Assembly (NCBI GenBank): GCA_028870995.1
Contig: JAGWOI010000007.1
Location: 20,337 to 84,336, forward strand
Length of the DNA stretch: 64,000 nucleotides
Reading direction: 5' to 3'
DNA from: Candidatus Omnitrophota bacterium
GTDB taxonomy: Bacteria > Omnitrophota > Gorgyraeia > Zapsychrales > Fredricksoniimonadaceae
Shown here: positions 46,234-56,676 of the stretch, one piece after another
How positions within the stretch are numbered: the stretch's first letter is position 1
How the letters are laid out: each line of letters begins with the position of its first letter
Notes under the pieces: generated by a model
The model's database searches: none
The model's input: the letters and a program-made list of their open reading frames with translations, nothing else
What the model was told of the DNA's origin: nothing
Translations under genes and position numbers: made by a program

Positions 46234-46869
46234 CTATGACTGTTTTCCAACCGTCTCAGGAAATTTTTCGCGCATATATTTAATACTTTCTTGCACGCTC
46301 TGCCTCATAAGGACCGGTATGGTGCGGATCAGCTTCTGGCCTTCAGGAGATCCATAAAAAGCAATGAAAGCCTTTAAGTCTTCGCTGGTAAAATTACGGT
46401 CATAGATGGGGATCAAGCGTTCGATGATCTCATCGACCTTAACGCGATCCCGGATTTTTTGGGCCTCTTCAGGTTTTTGCTTTTGGATTTGGGCCAGCAT
46501 GCGGTCAAAATTATTATTCAGGGCCTGGCGGGTGCCGAAAACGTCTATGAATTGCAATATCAGAGCCCGCTTTTGGGGATCGACCGCGGATGCCGCCGGT
46601 CCGGGCGTACCCGATGGGACAGACGTGCCGGGTTGGGCAACCGGCGTTGATGCCTGTGGTGTGCCGAACGGCTGACCGTCGATGTCCTTGATCTCGTCCG
46701 CGTAATAGGTCATGGTAACGCCGTCCACATTAATTTGGATGCTTTTACTGTCCTGTTTGAGGATATCCCCCTTGATGGAGCTGCCATCGCTGAGATCCAC
46801 CGTGGCGGCGAGGCCAAGGCTCATGGGCAAAAAGACGGATATAACGGCAACCAACAGGCAATGGCGCAT
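46234..46869 (-). CDS. Exported DUF2059-domain protein
   Basis: Signal peptide. Pro/Thr-rich linker. C-terminal LIPIYDRNFTSEDLKAFIAFYGSPEGQKL matches DUF2059. Confidence 0.55.
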   Translation of the reverse strand: MRHCLLVAVISVFLPMSLGLAATVDLSDGSSIKGDILKQDSKSIQINVDGVTMTYYADEIKDIDGQPFGTPQASTPVAQPGTSVPSGTPGPAASAVDPQKRALILQFIDVFGTRQALNNNFDRMLAQIQKQKPEEAQKIRDRVKVDEIIERLIPIYDRNFTSEDLKAFIAFYGSPEGQKLIRTIPVLMRQSVQESIKYMREKFPETVGKQS

Positions 46870-46958
46870 AAAAACCTCTTTCGTTAAAATTTTTAAATAT
46901 TGAATTCATTCTAAGGAATATTTGAGATAAATCAAGCTGTATGTTACACTAACCGCCT

Positions 46959-48089
46959 ATGCAACCGAATACTCTTCGATCGCCCATTGCCGGGAAACAG
47001 GCAATTTTAATTGAGCAAATAAGAAAAAATATCGACCGGGCGTTAAGCCAGTTCTTGGGACAAGTCAAAAAAGACTATAAGCTGCACCTGGTTTCTCCCC
47101 TGCTTTTTGACAGTGTCAGGGAATTCACCCTGCGGGAAGGCAAACGCCTGCGGCCTTTACTGCTCATCCTGACCTATAAAGGTTACGCGCCTTCATCCAA
47201 GAAAATTTCCCGCAAGCTGTACAATGCCTCGACCTGCATGGAGTTCCTGCACAATTTCATGCTCATCCACGATGATATCATCGACCGTTCAGACCTGCGC
47301 CGCGGCAGACCCACCCTGCATAAAATCCTGGCCCATACGGTGCCCTCGGCCGATCCGGACAAATTAGGCATTGACTTGGGGATCATCGCCGGCGACATTG
47401 TTTATGCCCTGGCCATCGACGCCTTTTTGTCCATCGATGAGCCCTCCGAACGCAAGGAAAGGGCGCTTAAATATTTCATCCAGACTGCGGCGTTCACCGC
47501 CATGGGCGAATTCATCGACACCGTCAGCGGGGTCAAACCCATCAAGGACGTCGATGAAAAAGAAGTTTACCTTAATTATACGCTCAAGACGGCCCGCTAT
47601 ACCTTTGACTGCCCCATGGTCACCGGCGCCATTCTTGCCGGCGCCTCCAACAGTGAAATCAAAAAAATATCCCGTTTCGGCATCCTGATCGGCCAGGCCT
47701 TCCAGATCCAGGATGACATCATCGGCATATTTGAGACGGAAGACAATATCGGCAAGTCTATCTTAAGCGATCTGGCGGAAGGCAAAAAAACCCTTCTGGT
47801 CACCCACGCCTTCCGTGTTCTGAAGGGCGAAGACAGAGCCAGGTTCCTGGAGATCTTCTCCCGGGAAAGACAGACCCTGGAGAACCTGGAAGCGGTCAAA
47901 AAAATCTTTGTCCAGACCAAAAGCCTGGAATATGCGCTCGGCGCCATCCACACCCGCCTGCACGAAGCGCAAAGGATCCTCAAGTCCCTGAAAATAAACG
48001 ATACATACCGAACCCTTCTGGAAGCTTCCATTTCAAAACTGTTCAGCCATTCCGAAAAAATAGCTTCTCTATATCAATCGCCCGGATAG
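46959..48089 (+). CDS. Polyprenyl diphosphate synthase (trans-isoprenyl diphosphate synthase family)
   Basis: First Asp-rich motif LIHDDIIDRSDLRRGRPT. Second QIQDDIIG. Confidence 0.85.
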   Translation: MQPNTLRSPIAGKQAILIEQIRKNIDRALSQFLGQVKKDYKLHLVSPLLFDSVREFTLREGKRLRPLLLILTYKGYAPSSKKISRKLYNASTCMEFLHNFMLIHDDIIDRSDLRRGRPTLHKILAHTVPSADPDKLGIDLGIIAGDIVYALAIDAFLSIDEPSERKERALKYFIQTAAFTAMGEFIDTVSGVKPIKDVDEKEVYLNYTLKTARYTFDCPMVTGAILAGASNSEIKKISRFGILIGQAFQIQDDIIGIFETEDNIGKSILSDLAEGKKTLLVTHAFRVLKGEDRARFLEIFSRERQTLENLEAVKKIFVQTKSLEYALGAIHTRLHEAQRILKSLKINDTYRTLLEASISKLFSHSEKIASLYQSPG

Positions 48090-49154
48090 CTCGTCCAGGA
48101 CCAGCCGCCCCCGGTCGGTGGCCTTCAAATTCCCGTTCTCACGCGCCAAAAAGCCGTCCTTGATCCAGACTTCCACTTGCGGCCGCCTGTCAGCCGGCAC
48201 CAGATCCCAACGGATGCCTTTGTTCATTCTCAGACCCAACAGCACCTTCTCCATGGTCAGCTGCTCGTCGGTTAAATCTTCGCAGCCTTCCACCGGCGGT
48301 ATGCCTTGGGAAGCTCGGTCGAGGTACTCCTGCAGGCGCGGCGTATTCCAGGACCGCCTTCGCCCGTCGAAAGCGTGCGCGCCTACGCCGAGCCCTATAT
48401 AAGGACCCCCCTGCCAATAATTCCTGTTATGCGCCGATTCAAATCCCTGTTTAGCGAAATTACTGATTTCATATTGAGCAAAGCCATATTCTTGGAGAAG
48501 CCGCCCGATAAGGACATACTGCTGCGCCAGCTTCTCATCGTCATCCAGTTTTATCTGGGCGGCATGAAACCGGCTGTTGGGTTCAATGGTAAGGGTGTAC
48601 AAAGACAAATGTTCGCTGCCCAACGCCGCCAGGCCTTTGACGTCTTTTTCCAATTCTTCCCCAGTTTGGCCTGGAAAGGCATACATCAAATCGAGATTAA
48701 TATTGTCAAAGCCCGCCTCGCGCAATACGCGATTGGCCTCAAGCGCCGCCGCGGCGTTATGGTTTCTCCCCAAAAATTTTAAAAAGCGGTCGTCCAGTGA
48801 TTGGACCCCTAAGCTGACCCTGTTAAACCCGATCCGTTTTAAGAACTGCGCCTTGCCTGCATTGATGCTTTCAGGATTTGCTTCAATGGTGATTTCGATC
48901 CCTGAATCCCAGGAAAAATTTTTTCTAATGGCATTCATTAAATCATCCAAATGGTCCTCGTCCAAATGGCTTGGCGTGCCGCCGCCGAGGTAAATGGTCC
49001 GCAGGCGCGTTCCCGTATGATTATTCATTTCCGATGCCACGGCCCTGACATATTCTTTCCGTCGGTGTTCCTGGGAAACCGCTATCACGAAAGAACAAAA
49101 CAAGCATTTGCGGCTGCAGAACGGAATGTGGATATACAATGACGGATAATTCAT
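48069..49154 (-). CDS. hemW: Radical SAM heme chaperone HemW/HemN-like (oxygen-independent coproporphyrinogen oxidase family)
   Basis: YIHIPFCSRKCLFCSF CxxxCxxC and HemN-like C-terminal region. Confidence 0.8.
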   Translation of the reverse strand: MNYPSLYIHIPFCSRKCLFCSFVIAVSQEHRRKEYVRAVASEMNNHTGTRLRTIYLGGGTPSHLDEDHLDDLMNAIRKNFSWDSGIEITIEANPESINAGKAQFLKRIGFNRVSLGVQSLDDRFLKFLGRNHNAAAALEANRVLREAGFDNINLDLMYAFPGQTGEELEKDVKGLAALGSEHLSLYTLTIEPNSRFHAAQIKLDDDEKLAQQYVLIGRLLQEYGFAQYEISNFAKQGFESAHNRNYWQGGPYIGLGVGAHAFDGRRRSWNTPRLQEYLDRASQGIPPVEGCEDLTDEQLTMEKVLLGLRMNKGIRWDLVPADRRPQVEVWIKDGFLARENGNLKATDRGRLVLDELSGRLI

Positions 49155-49196
49155 TTTTTTTATGGAATCACAATAAAAAAATTCTTAAAAAATTTT

Positions 49197-49223
49197 TTGT
49201 ATATAAAAAATTTATGTTACTAT
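49197..49223 (+). promoter_or_regulatory. Promoter-like element (-35 TTGTAT; extended -10 TGtTACTAT) in an AT-rich divergent intergenic region
   Basis: TTGTAT at 49197-49202 and TACTAT at 49218-49223 give a short 15-nt spacer (18 nt if TATTTT is used as the -10). Low confidence. Confidence 0.3.
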
Positions 49224-49261
49224 TTTAATAACAAATCAATCTTTAAGAAAGGAGCTTACGC

Positions 49262-49312
49262 ATGGCTACCAAAAAGAAAACAGCAAAGAAGAAAACAGCT
49301 AAAAAGAAATAA
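49262..49312 (+). CDS. 16-codon sORF MATKKKTAKKKTAKKK (candidate small basic peptide)
   Basis: Consensus SD AAGGAG 7 nt upstream. Internal tandem TAKKK repeat. Intrinsic terminator immediately downstream. Unexplained AT-rich island in a GC-rich genome. Confidence 0.3.
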   Translation: MATKKKTAKKKTAKKK

Positions 49313-49336
49313 CTGTTTTTTTTCATGTATTTTCAT

Positions 49337-49375
49337 AAAACCCTTTGAGTAAGTTTTCAAAGGGTTTTATGTTTC
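49337..49375 (+). terminator. Intrinsic terminator: 12-bp perfect stem AAAACCCTTTGA/TCAAAGGGTTTT, 8-nt loop, then AUGUUUCU
   Basis: Read directly. The TatC stop codon lies inside the right arm. The U-rich tail exists only on the plus strand. Confidence 0.5.
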
Positions 49376-50088
49376 TGCACAGGCCATGACGGCCGGTAAA
49401 AAAATCTCACCATCACAATCCCCACTTCATATAAAGCCAAGAGCGGCAGGGCCAGGATCAGCATGGATATGACATCCGGCGGGGCCAGGATAGCGGCGAG
49501 AATCAGGATGGCCACTACGGCGTGGCGTCTTTTTTGGCGCAAAAATTCCGGCGAGGCGATGCCGATCTTGGCCAAGAACGCCAGGACCAGCGGCAGTTCG
49601 AAAGCCACCCCAAAGGCCACAATCATGTGCCCCAAGAACCCCAGATAATTTTTCACCGTGACCATGGGGATCATGTAGGGGGAGGCAAAGCTCATTAAAA
49701 ACCGGTACGCCCGCGGCACGGCGATAAAATAAGCGAAAGCTCCCCCGGAAAGAAAAAACAGCAGCGACAAGGGTGCAAAAAAAACTACGAACTTCCTCTC
49801 GGAAGGCTTCAGCGCCGCCCCCACAAACGCCCATATCTGGTAAACGATGTAGGGAGAGGAAACAAAAAGCGCCAGAACGGTGCCGATGGTCATGGTGGCC
49901 GCAAAGGCCTCTGCCGGTGCGGTAAACACCAGATGCCCGGCCGGCGCAATGAGAACCGGCAAAAGCTTGCCTATAAAACCGTAACAAACGCAGAAGGCCA
50001 GAACAAAAGCGCCCGCGGATTTGATGAGCCGCGAGCGCAATTCTTCCAGATGTTTGAAGAAGGACTGAAAAAAAGGGCTTAGATTCAC
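49357..50088 (-). CDS. tatC: Twin-arginine translocase subunit TatC
   Basis: 6-TM TatC-like sequence FKHLEELRSRLIKSAGAFVLAFCVCYGF... Confidence 0.85.
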   Translation of the reverse strand: MNLSPFFQSFFKHLEELRSRLIKSAGAFVLAFCVCYGFIGKLLPVLIAPAGHLVFTAPAEAFAATMTIGTVLALFVSSPYIVYQIWAFVGAALKPSERKFVVFFAPLSLLFFLSGGAFAYFIAVPRAYRFLMSFASPYMIPMVTVKNYLGFLGHMIVAFGVAFELPLVLAFLAKIGIASPEFLRQKRRHAVVAILILAAILAPPDVISMLILALPLLALYEVGIVMVRFFYRPSWPVQKHKTL

Positions 50089-50261
50089 TTGTGCGCAGAA
50101 TCTTCGATGGGCTTTTTGATCTCTTCCTCAGTTTCGCGCAAATTTTTTTTAAATTCACGGATGGCCTTGCCCAGCGCGGCGCCTATCTCGGGAAGCCTTT
50201 GCGCGCCGAACAGCAGGATGATCACGGTCAAAATCAAAATCAATTCGGGTAAACGACCCAT
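50085..50261 (-). CDS. tatA: Twin-arginine translocase subunit TatA/E
   Basis: MGRLPELILILTVIILLFGAQRLPEIGAALGKAIREFKK. Start at internal Met. Confidence 0.75.
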   Translation of the reverse strand: MGRLPELILILTVIILLFGAQRLPEIGAALGKAIREFKKNLRETEEEIKKPIEDSAHK

Positions 50262-50331
50262 AACAAACTCCTGATTGATGGTTGAACTTAACTTTATTCT
50301 ATAAGGGAGGCCGGGAAGCCACAAGTAAAAT

Positions 50332-51954
50332 TTATTCCGACAGCCGGATAATGACTCCCTTTCGACGGGCGCGAGTGTAAGCCTGGTCCAGCAGGCGCAA
50401 GGCGAGGATTATATAGAGCAAGGTCAGGGCCAATCCGGTCAGCAAGGGATAGGCCGTGTGCGCTTTAAAGCCGTAGGCCTGCCGGAAAAATTCCAAAAAA
50501 TGCGTGATAGGGATCAGAAGGCTTGCGGTTTGCAGGGCCTGGGGCAAAACATCAATCGGGTAATAAATCCCGCAGATGATCATGAACAATTGGGCAAACA
50601 TCCAGGCCGTGATCTCGACCTTCTGGCCGAAGGAGAGGATAAGGATGTTGACCATGATCCCCAAAATAAAGGCGCAACAAAAGAGCCCCAGCAAGAATCC
50701 GGCGGTGACAAAAAATCCCGGCAAATGAAAACCAAACCCTAAGCAAGCCGCAGCGCTCAGCAATACGAAGGCCACCAGCCCCCGCGCCATGCCGATCATC
50801 CATGTCCCCACGACACCTTCAGAAACACCTACAGGCGTCAGCAGGGTGTGCTTGCAGCTTTTGGACCATAACTCATAAAGCATTGTATACCCGACGTCCA
50901 ACTGGGTGATCTGCAAGATACCTGCGGCCAGGGTCCCGGTCATGACAAACCCCAGGGTTTGCGGCCCCAAGTGAACGAACTTGGACATAAATCCGATGGA
51001 AATAAGCGAAATCATGGGCCAAAAGAAAACATCGGTCATCACAAACAGATTGCGCACCGCGAAGATGGCGCTGCGCACCGTAAAGGCATAGGCGCGGTTC
51101 ACCCAGGACTGCCAGCCGTCCCGGGATGGCACCGGCAGAGCGATGGTGGTACGTTCTTCTTCCGTTTTGACCGACGGCGCCTGCGTTTGACGGGCCAGCT
51201 GGATAAAGACCTTCTCCAGATCGTCGGTATGGTGCATACGCTTAAGCTCATCAACCGCGGCCAGCTTGATGATGCGGCCCTTCTGGATGAAAGCCACCCG
51301 CTGGCACATGCTTTCCACCTCATCCATGTTGTGGCTGGTCAACAGAACGGTCATGCGCCGCTGGCGCAAAATATTCAAGACGATCTCACGGGTTTTGAGC
51401 GACACGTCGGGATCAAGACCGATGGTGGGTTCATCCAAGAATAGGATCTTGGGATCGTTCAGCAGGGATTTGGCCAATGACAGGCGCTGCTTGGTGCCGG
51501 AAGATAGTTCATCAAAATGGCGGCCGGCATAAGACCCCAGATTAAACAGATCGATGACCTCATCGACCTTGCGCTGCAAGCCGCCCCCCCGCAACCCATA
51601 AAGACGCCCGTAGAATTTAAGATTTTCCTCGACGCTGAGGCTGAAGGCATAATTGGGATAGCCGGAAGACATGTTGATCCAGCGGCGGACAGTATTGAAA
51701 TTTTTGGGCACGGATTTCACGCCAAAAATTTCGACAAAACCTTCTTGCGGCAACAGCAGTGTCGCCAGGATATTCAAACAGGTGGTCTTGCCGGCGCCGT
51801 TGGGGCCTAAAATGCCTAAAATCTCCCCTTCACGCACCGTCAGGTCCAAATGATCAAGCGCTTTGACGCTGCCTTTACTTTGCCGGTCAGGATAGGTCTT
51901 GCAAAGTCCGCGCGCCGCCAATACAATTTCAAAAGATTTTTTCCCCTCGTTCAT
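50332..51954 (-). CDS. ABC-2-type transporter, fused ATP-binding and permease domains
   Basis: Walker A GPNGAGKTT, signature LSSGTKQRLSLA, Walker B ILFLDEP, then 6-TM ABC-2 permease. Confidence 0.75.
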   Translation of the reverse strand: MNEGKKSFEIVLAARGLCKTYPDRQSKGSVKALDHLDLTVREGEILGILGPNGAGKTTCLNILATLLLPQEGFVEIFGVKSVPKNFNTVRRWINMSSGYPNYAFSLSVEENLKFYGRLYGLRGGGLQRKVDEVIDLFNLGSYAGRHFDELSSGTKQRLSLAKSLLNDPKILFLDEPTIGLDPDVSLKTREIVLNILRQRRMTVLLTSHNMDEVESMCQRVAFIQKGRIIKLAAVDELKRMHHTDDLEKVFIQLARQTQAPSVKTEEERTTIALPVPSRDGWQSWVNRAYAFTVRSAIFAVRNLFVMTDVFFWPMISLISIGFMSKFVHLGPQTLGFVMTGTLAAGILQITQLDVGYTMLYELWSKSCKHTLLTPVGVSEGVVGTWMIGMARGLVAFVLLSAAACLGFGFHLPGFFVTAGFLLGLFCCAFILGIMVNILILSFGQKVEITAWMFAQLFMIICGIYYPIDVLPQALQTASLLIPITHFLEFFRQAYGFKAHTAYPLLTGLALTLLYIILALRLLDQAYTRARRKGVIIRLSE

Positions 51955-52084
51955 AAGTTATTGCGCCCTAAGTGCATGCACCGGCCCGGCCAATTTGCAT
52001 TTTAAAAAAAATAGTAGTATAGTTAGAAAGGAACAAGGAGGGTACCAAAGGATAGCGAAAGCATCTTAAGGCCTATCCCCTTAC

Positions 52085-52115
52085 AAAACCCACGGTTTTT
52101 GCAACTGTGGGTTTT
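52085..52115 (-). terminator. Intrinsic terminator downstream of pgi (9-bp stem AAAACCCAC/GTGGGTTTT with U-rich tail on the minus strand)
   Basis: Read directly. Minus-strand RNA ends ...GUGGGUUUUGUAA. Confidence 0.5.
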
Positions 52116-52119
52116 GCAT

Positions 52120-53391
52120 TTAAAGCCGCTTGCCTAATAAAGCAAACATCTTCTTTTTGTAAGCTTCCACCCCAGGCTGGTCAAAAGGATTGACACCCAG
52201 AACGTACCCGGAAATCCCGCAGGCTTTTTCAAAAAAATAATACAAGTGGCCCAAATGAACAGCATCAGCCTTGCATAAGGTGATGGTCATGTTGGGCACC
52301 CCGCCTTCGAAATGCGCGGCGCTGGTAGCTTCATAGGCTTTTTTGTTCACGAAATCGAAACCTTTGCCGGCCACATAATTAAAACCGTCCAGGTCTTCTT
52401 TGTCTTCGGGGATGATGACATCATGGTGGGGTTTATCGATCTGCAGGAAGGTCTCGAATACGCTGCGCTCCGCTTCTTGCATCCACTGGCCCATGGAATG
52501 AAGGTCGGTAGACATGATCAGCGAGGCCGGAAAAATCCCTTTGCCTTGTTTGCCTTCGCTTTCACCGAAGAGCTGTTTGAACCACTCGGCCACATAAAAA
52601 ACTTCCGGATAAAATGACGCCAGCACCTCTATTCTTTTACCTTTGTTATAGAGAATATTGCGCAGGGCGGCATAACGGTAGCAGGTGTTCTTTTCCAGGT
52701 CGCAGACGGCATATTCCGCCTGGGCTTTTCGTGCCCCTTCCACCAAACCAGCGATGTCTATCCCGGCCAGGGCCAGCGGCACCAGACCCACGGGTGTGAG
52801 CACTGAATAACGGCCGCCCACATCGTCAGGGATTACAAAGGAGCGGTAACCCGCCTGGTCGGCGATCTTGCGCAAGGCGCCCTTCTTCTGGTCGGTGACA
52901 CAGATGATGCGCTGCTTTAAATCTTCACTGGAAAATTTGCTTTCCAAGGACTTTTTAATGACCCTGAAGGCAATGGCCGGTTCGGTGGTGGTGCCTGATT
53001 TTGAGATCACCACGACGGTGGGCCGCTTGTCCTTCAAGGTATTCAAAAGCTGGTGCAGGTAATCGCTGCTGATCTGATGGCCGGCATAATAAACAGGGAG
53101 CTTGCCCGAACCTAAAAATTCGATGGTGGCGCGGATCCCCAAATAGGAGCCCCCGATCCCGATGGATACGATGCAGTCCGAATTCTTTTGGACTTCAGCC
53201 GCCAGCGCCGTTAATTCTTTGATGAACGCGTCGGAGATGCGGGACGGCAAATCCAACCAGCCGGTAAATTCCGCGCCTGGTCCGTTGTGCTGCAGCAAAA
53301 AATCATGCGCCCGGTGAACGGAAGGAAAAGCCTTATCAAGTTCGTCAGTTGAGACGAAGCTTTTGAGGTGATCGGTATTAAGGGCTAACAT
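52120..53391 (-). CDS. pgi: Glucose-6-phosphate isomerase (short bacterial/archaeal type)
   Basis: SIGIGGSYLG sugar-isomerase motif. Overall PGI similarity. Confidence 0.85.
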   Translation of the reverse strand: MLALNTDHLKSFVSTDELDKAFPSVHRAHDFLLQHNGPGAEFTGWLDLPSRISDAFIKELTALAAEVQKNSDCIVSIGIGGSYLGIRATIEFLGSGKLPVYYAGHQISSDYLHQLLNTLKDKRPTVVVISKSGTTTEPAIAFRVIKKSLESKFSSEDLKQRIICVTDQKKGALRKIADQAGYRSFVIPDDVGGRYSVLTPVGLVPLALAGIDIAGLVEGARKAQAEYAVCDLEKNTCYRYAALRNILYNKGKRIEVLASFYPEVFYVAEWFKQLFGESEGKQGKGIFPASLIMSTDLHSMGQWMQEAERSVFETFLQIDKPHHDVIIPEDKEDLDGFNYVAGKGFDFVNKKAYEATSAAHFEGGVPNMTITLCKADAVHLGHLYYFFEKACGISGYVLGVNPFDQPGVEAYKKKMFALLGKRL

Positions 53392-54082
53392 AGGAAGAAT
53401 CGGACGTGCCGCCTAATTTGGTAGGCATGCCTGAAGGTGCCGGAGCACTGTTCTGTGCCGGTGCCGACGCGTTGGACGCGGCGCTGCTTTTGGAAACAAA
53501 GGTTGACTTATCGCCGTACTCTTCATGGCTGACCAGGTTTCCCTTTATATAATGTTCTTCAACCAGGACCCGGCCGTTTTCAGCGTAGGTGGAGACAGTT
53601 CCGTCAAGCCTGCCGGCGATATAATACATACTTTGTTTCAGGATGCCGTCTTTATAAAAAACCTTCTTGAAGCCGTCCAACCTGCCGCTGCTGTAATGCT
53701 CGCGGTCCAGGACCTCGCCGGTATCATAATAACGCACGGCGTCGCCGTTAAGGTCGTTGTCATCATAATTGCCTTCGAACTGCAGGCCGCCGTTTTCAAA
53801 ATACATCTTATCGTCCCCCTGGCGCCGGCCGTCGGAATAATGCAATATTTCCTTCAAGGCGCCGGAGGGATAAAAAATTTTCATAACACCGTCCAGCCTG
53901 TAATTATGATAATTCTCCTCCCGCAGCAGGTTGCCGTTGCGGTCGTAGACATGCCACACGCCTTCCACCGGGGACAGCGTGCCTCGGGATTGTTCATAAA
54001 TACGGGCGGGATTGATGACCGATTGCGCCAGGCATAAGCTGGATGCCGTCATGAAGGTCAATACGCTTAAAAGAATTTTCAT
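53378..54082 (-). CDS. Exported MORN-variant/YwqK-like repeat protein
   Basis: Signal peptide MKILLSVLTFMTASSLCLA. Repeated Y-x-x-G-x-L-x-G motifs (YYDTGEVLDREHYSSGRLDGFKKVFYKDGIL...). Confidence 0.55.
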   Translation of the reverse strand: MKILLSVLTFMTASSLCLAQSVINPARIYEQSRGTLSPVEGVWHVYDRNGNLLREENYHNYRLDGVMKIFYPSGALKEILHYSDGRRQGDDKMYFENGGLQFEGNYDDNDLNGDAVRYYDTGEVLDREHYSSGRLDGFKKVFYKDGILKQSMYYIAGRLDGTVSTYAENGRVLVEEHYIKGNLVSHEEYGDKSTFVSKSSAASNASAPAQNSAPAPSGMPTKLGGTSDSSYVSP

Positions 54083-54095
54083 GGGATGAAATCTC

Positions 54096-55241
54096 CTATT
54101 GGATATCAGCCAAAACCAGTTCTTCGTCGCGGCAGGGCATGGCTTCATCGATCACCGCCCCGCCCAACACCACATCCCCGTCGTAGAAAACTGCGGATTG
54201 GCCCGGCGTGACGGACTTTTGGGGACGCTCGAACTCAAGCTCTACGGCCCCGTCTGCCCTTGGCGTCAAATAGGCTTTGACTTCAGGAGAATTATAGCGG
54301 ATTTTGAGACCCACTTCTATGGTTCTTTTAGGAATTTCACCGCTGACCCAGTTCATCTGGCCGGCTTTCAGGCCGCGGGCATAGAGCTTCCTTAAATTAC
54401 CGATATGGATGGTGTTGGCGGCACGGTCCATTTTATAGACATATACCGGATAACCTAAAGCAAGTCCCAGCTTGTCGCGCTGGCCGATGGTGTAATGGCT
54501 CAGGCCTTTATGCTGCCCGATCACCTTGCCCGTCTCATCTACAAAGGGCCCCGGCGTCATGGCTTCGGCACCCACGCGGTCTTCGATAAATTTCTTATAG
54601 CCGCTGGCCGGCACAAAGCAGATGTCCTGGCTTTCCGGCTTCTCGGCGGTGTTAAGACCGAACTGGCGGGCCAGTTCGCGGACTTCAGACTTGGTCAGGC
54701 CTCCCAAAGGAAACAAAACCGACGGCAAGGTTTCCTTTCTCATGCTGTATAAAAAATACGATTGGTCTTTTCTGGGATCGACTGCCTTCTTTAACTCATG
54801 GCAGCCGTGTGTTGGATTAAATTCGATCTTGGCGTAATGGCCGGTAGCCAGGAATTGGGCCCCCAGCCCTTTCACCTTCTGGTAAAGAGTGCCGAATTTC
54901 AAATGCTGGTTGCAGCGCACACAGGGATTGGGAGTGCGGCCGTTGAGATACTCATCGGTAAAATTATCGATGATATAGTCATTGATGTCGGCGGCAAAAT
55001 TAAACACATAGTGGCCAATGCCCAGGATATCGGCCGCGCGCTTGGCGTCCGCTATCCCGTCGATGCCGCAGCATGAAGCCCGGCCGTCGTTGTGGGTGAT
55101 GTTAAAGCACATGGTCACCCCAATGGTATTATAACCGGCCTGCTTGATCAGGCCGGCCACGACGGAAGAATCAACGCCCCCGCTCATGGCGACAAAAACC
55201 GTTATGTCCTTGTTATCCTTCGTTATGTTCATATTGTTCAT
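54096..55241 (-). CDS. mnmA: tRNA-specific 2-thiouridylase
   Basis: PP-loop VFVAMSGGVDSSV. Full-length MnmA similarity. Confidence 0.9.
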   Translation of the reverse strand: MNNMNITKDNKDITVFVAMSGGVDSSVVAGLIKQAGYNTIGVTMCFNITHNDGRASCCGIDGIADAKRAADILGIGHYVFNFAADINDYIIDNFTDEYLNGRTPNPCVRCNQHLKFGTLYQKVKGLGAQFLATGHYAKIEFNPTHGCHELKKAVDPRKDQSYFLYSMRKETLPSVLFPLGGLTKSEVRELARQFGLNTAEKPESQDICFVPASGYKKFIEDRVGAEAMTPGPFVDETGKVIGQHKGLSHYTIGQRDKLGLALGYPVYVYKMDRAANTIHIGNLRKLYARGLKAGQMNWVSGEIPKRTIEVGLKIRYNSPEVKAYLTPRADGAVELEFERPQKSVTPGQSAVFYDGDVVLGGAVIDEAMPCRDEELVLADIQ

Positions 55242-55350
55242 ATTGGACCGTTTCTAAATATCTCCTTGCTGCACCTTTAGTTATGATAGAACTGTCCCCT
55301 TCTCTAAATTTTAGTCAATAGGGACACTTCTATCATAAGTCCATGTATTT

Positions 55351-56648
<1,298 letters not shown>

Positions 56649-56676
<28 letters not shown>

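Noticed and set aside
45986-46357. Small ORFs (63 aa minus, 89 aa plus) in the purB upstream region
   Set aside because: They overlap the predicted promoter and leader hairpins. No RBS, no similarity. More parsimoniously non-coding leader.
49427-50158. 243-aa ORF overlapping tatC in another frame on the same strand
   Set aside because: Arg/Gly-rich translation typical of an off-frame read of GC-rich coding DNA. The 49357..50088 frame gives a bona fide TatC sequence.
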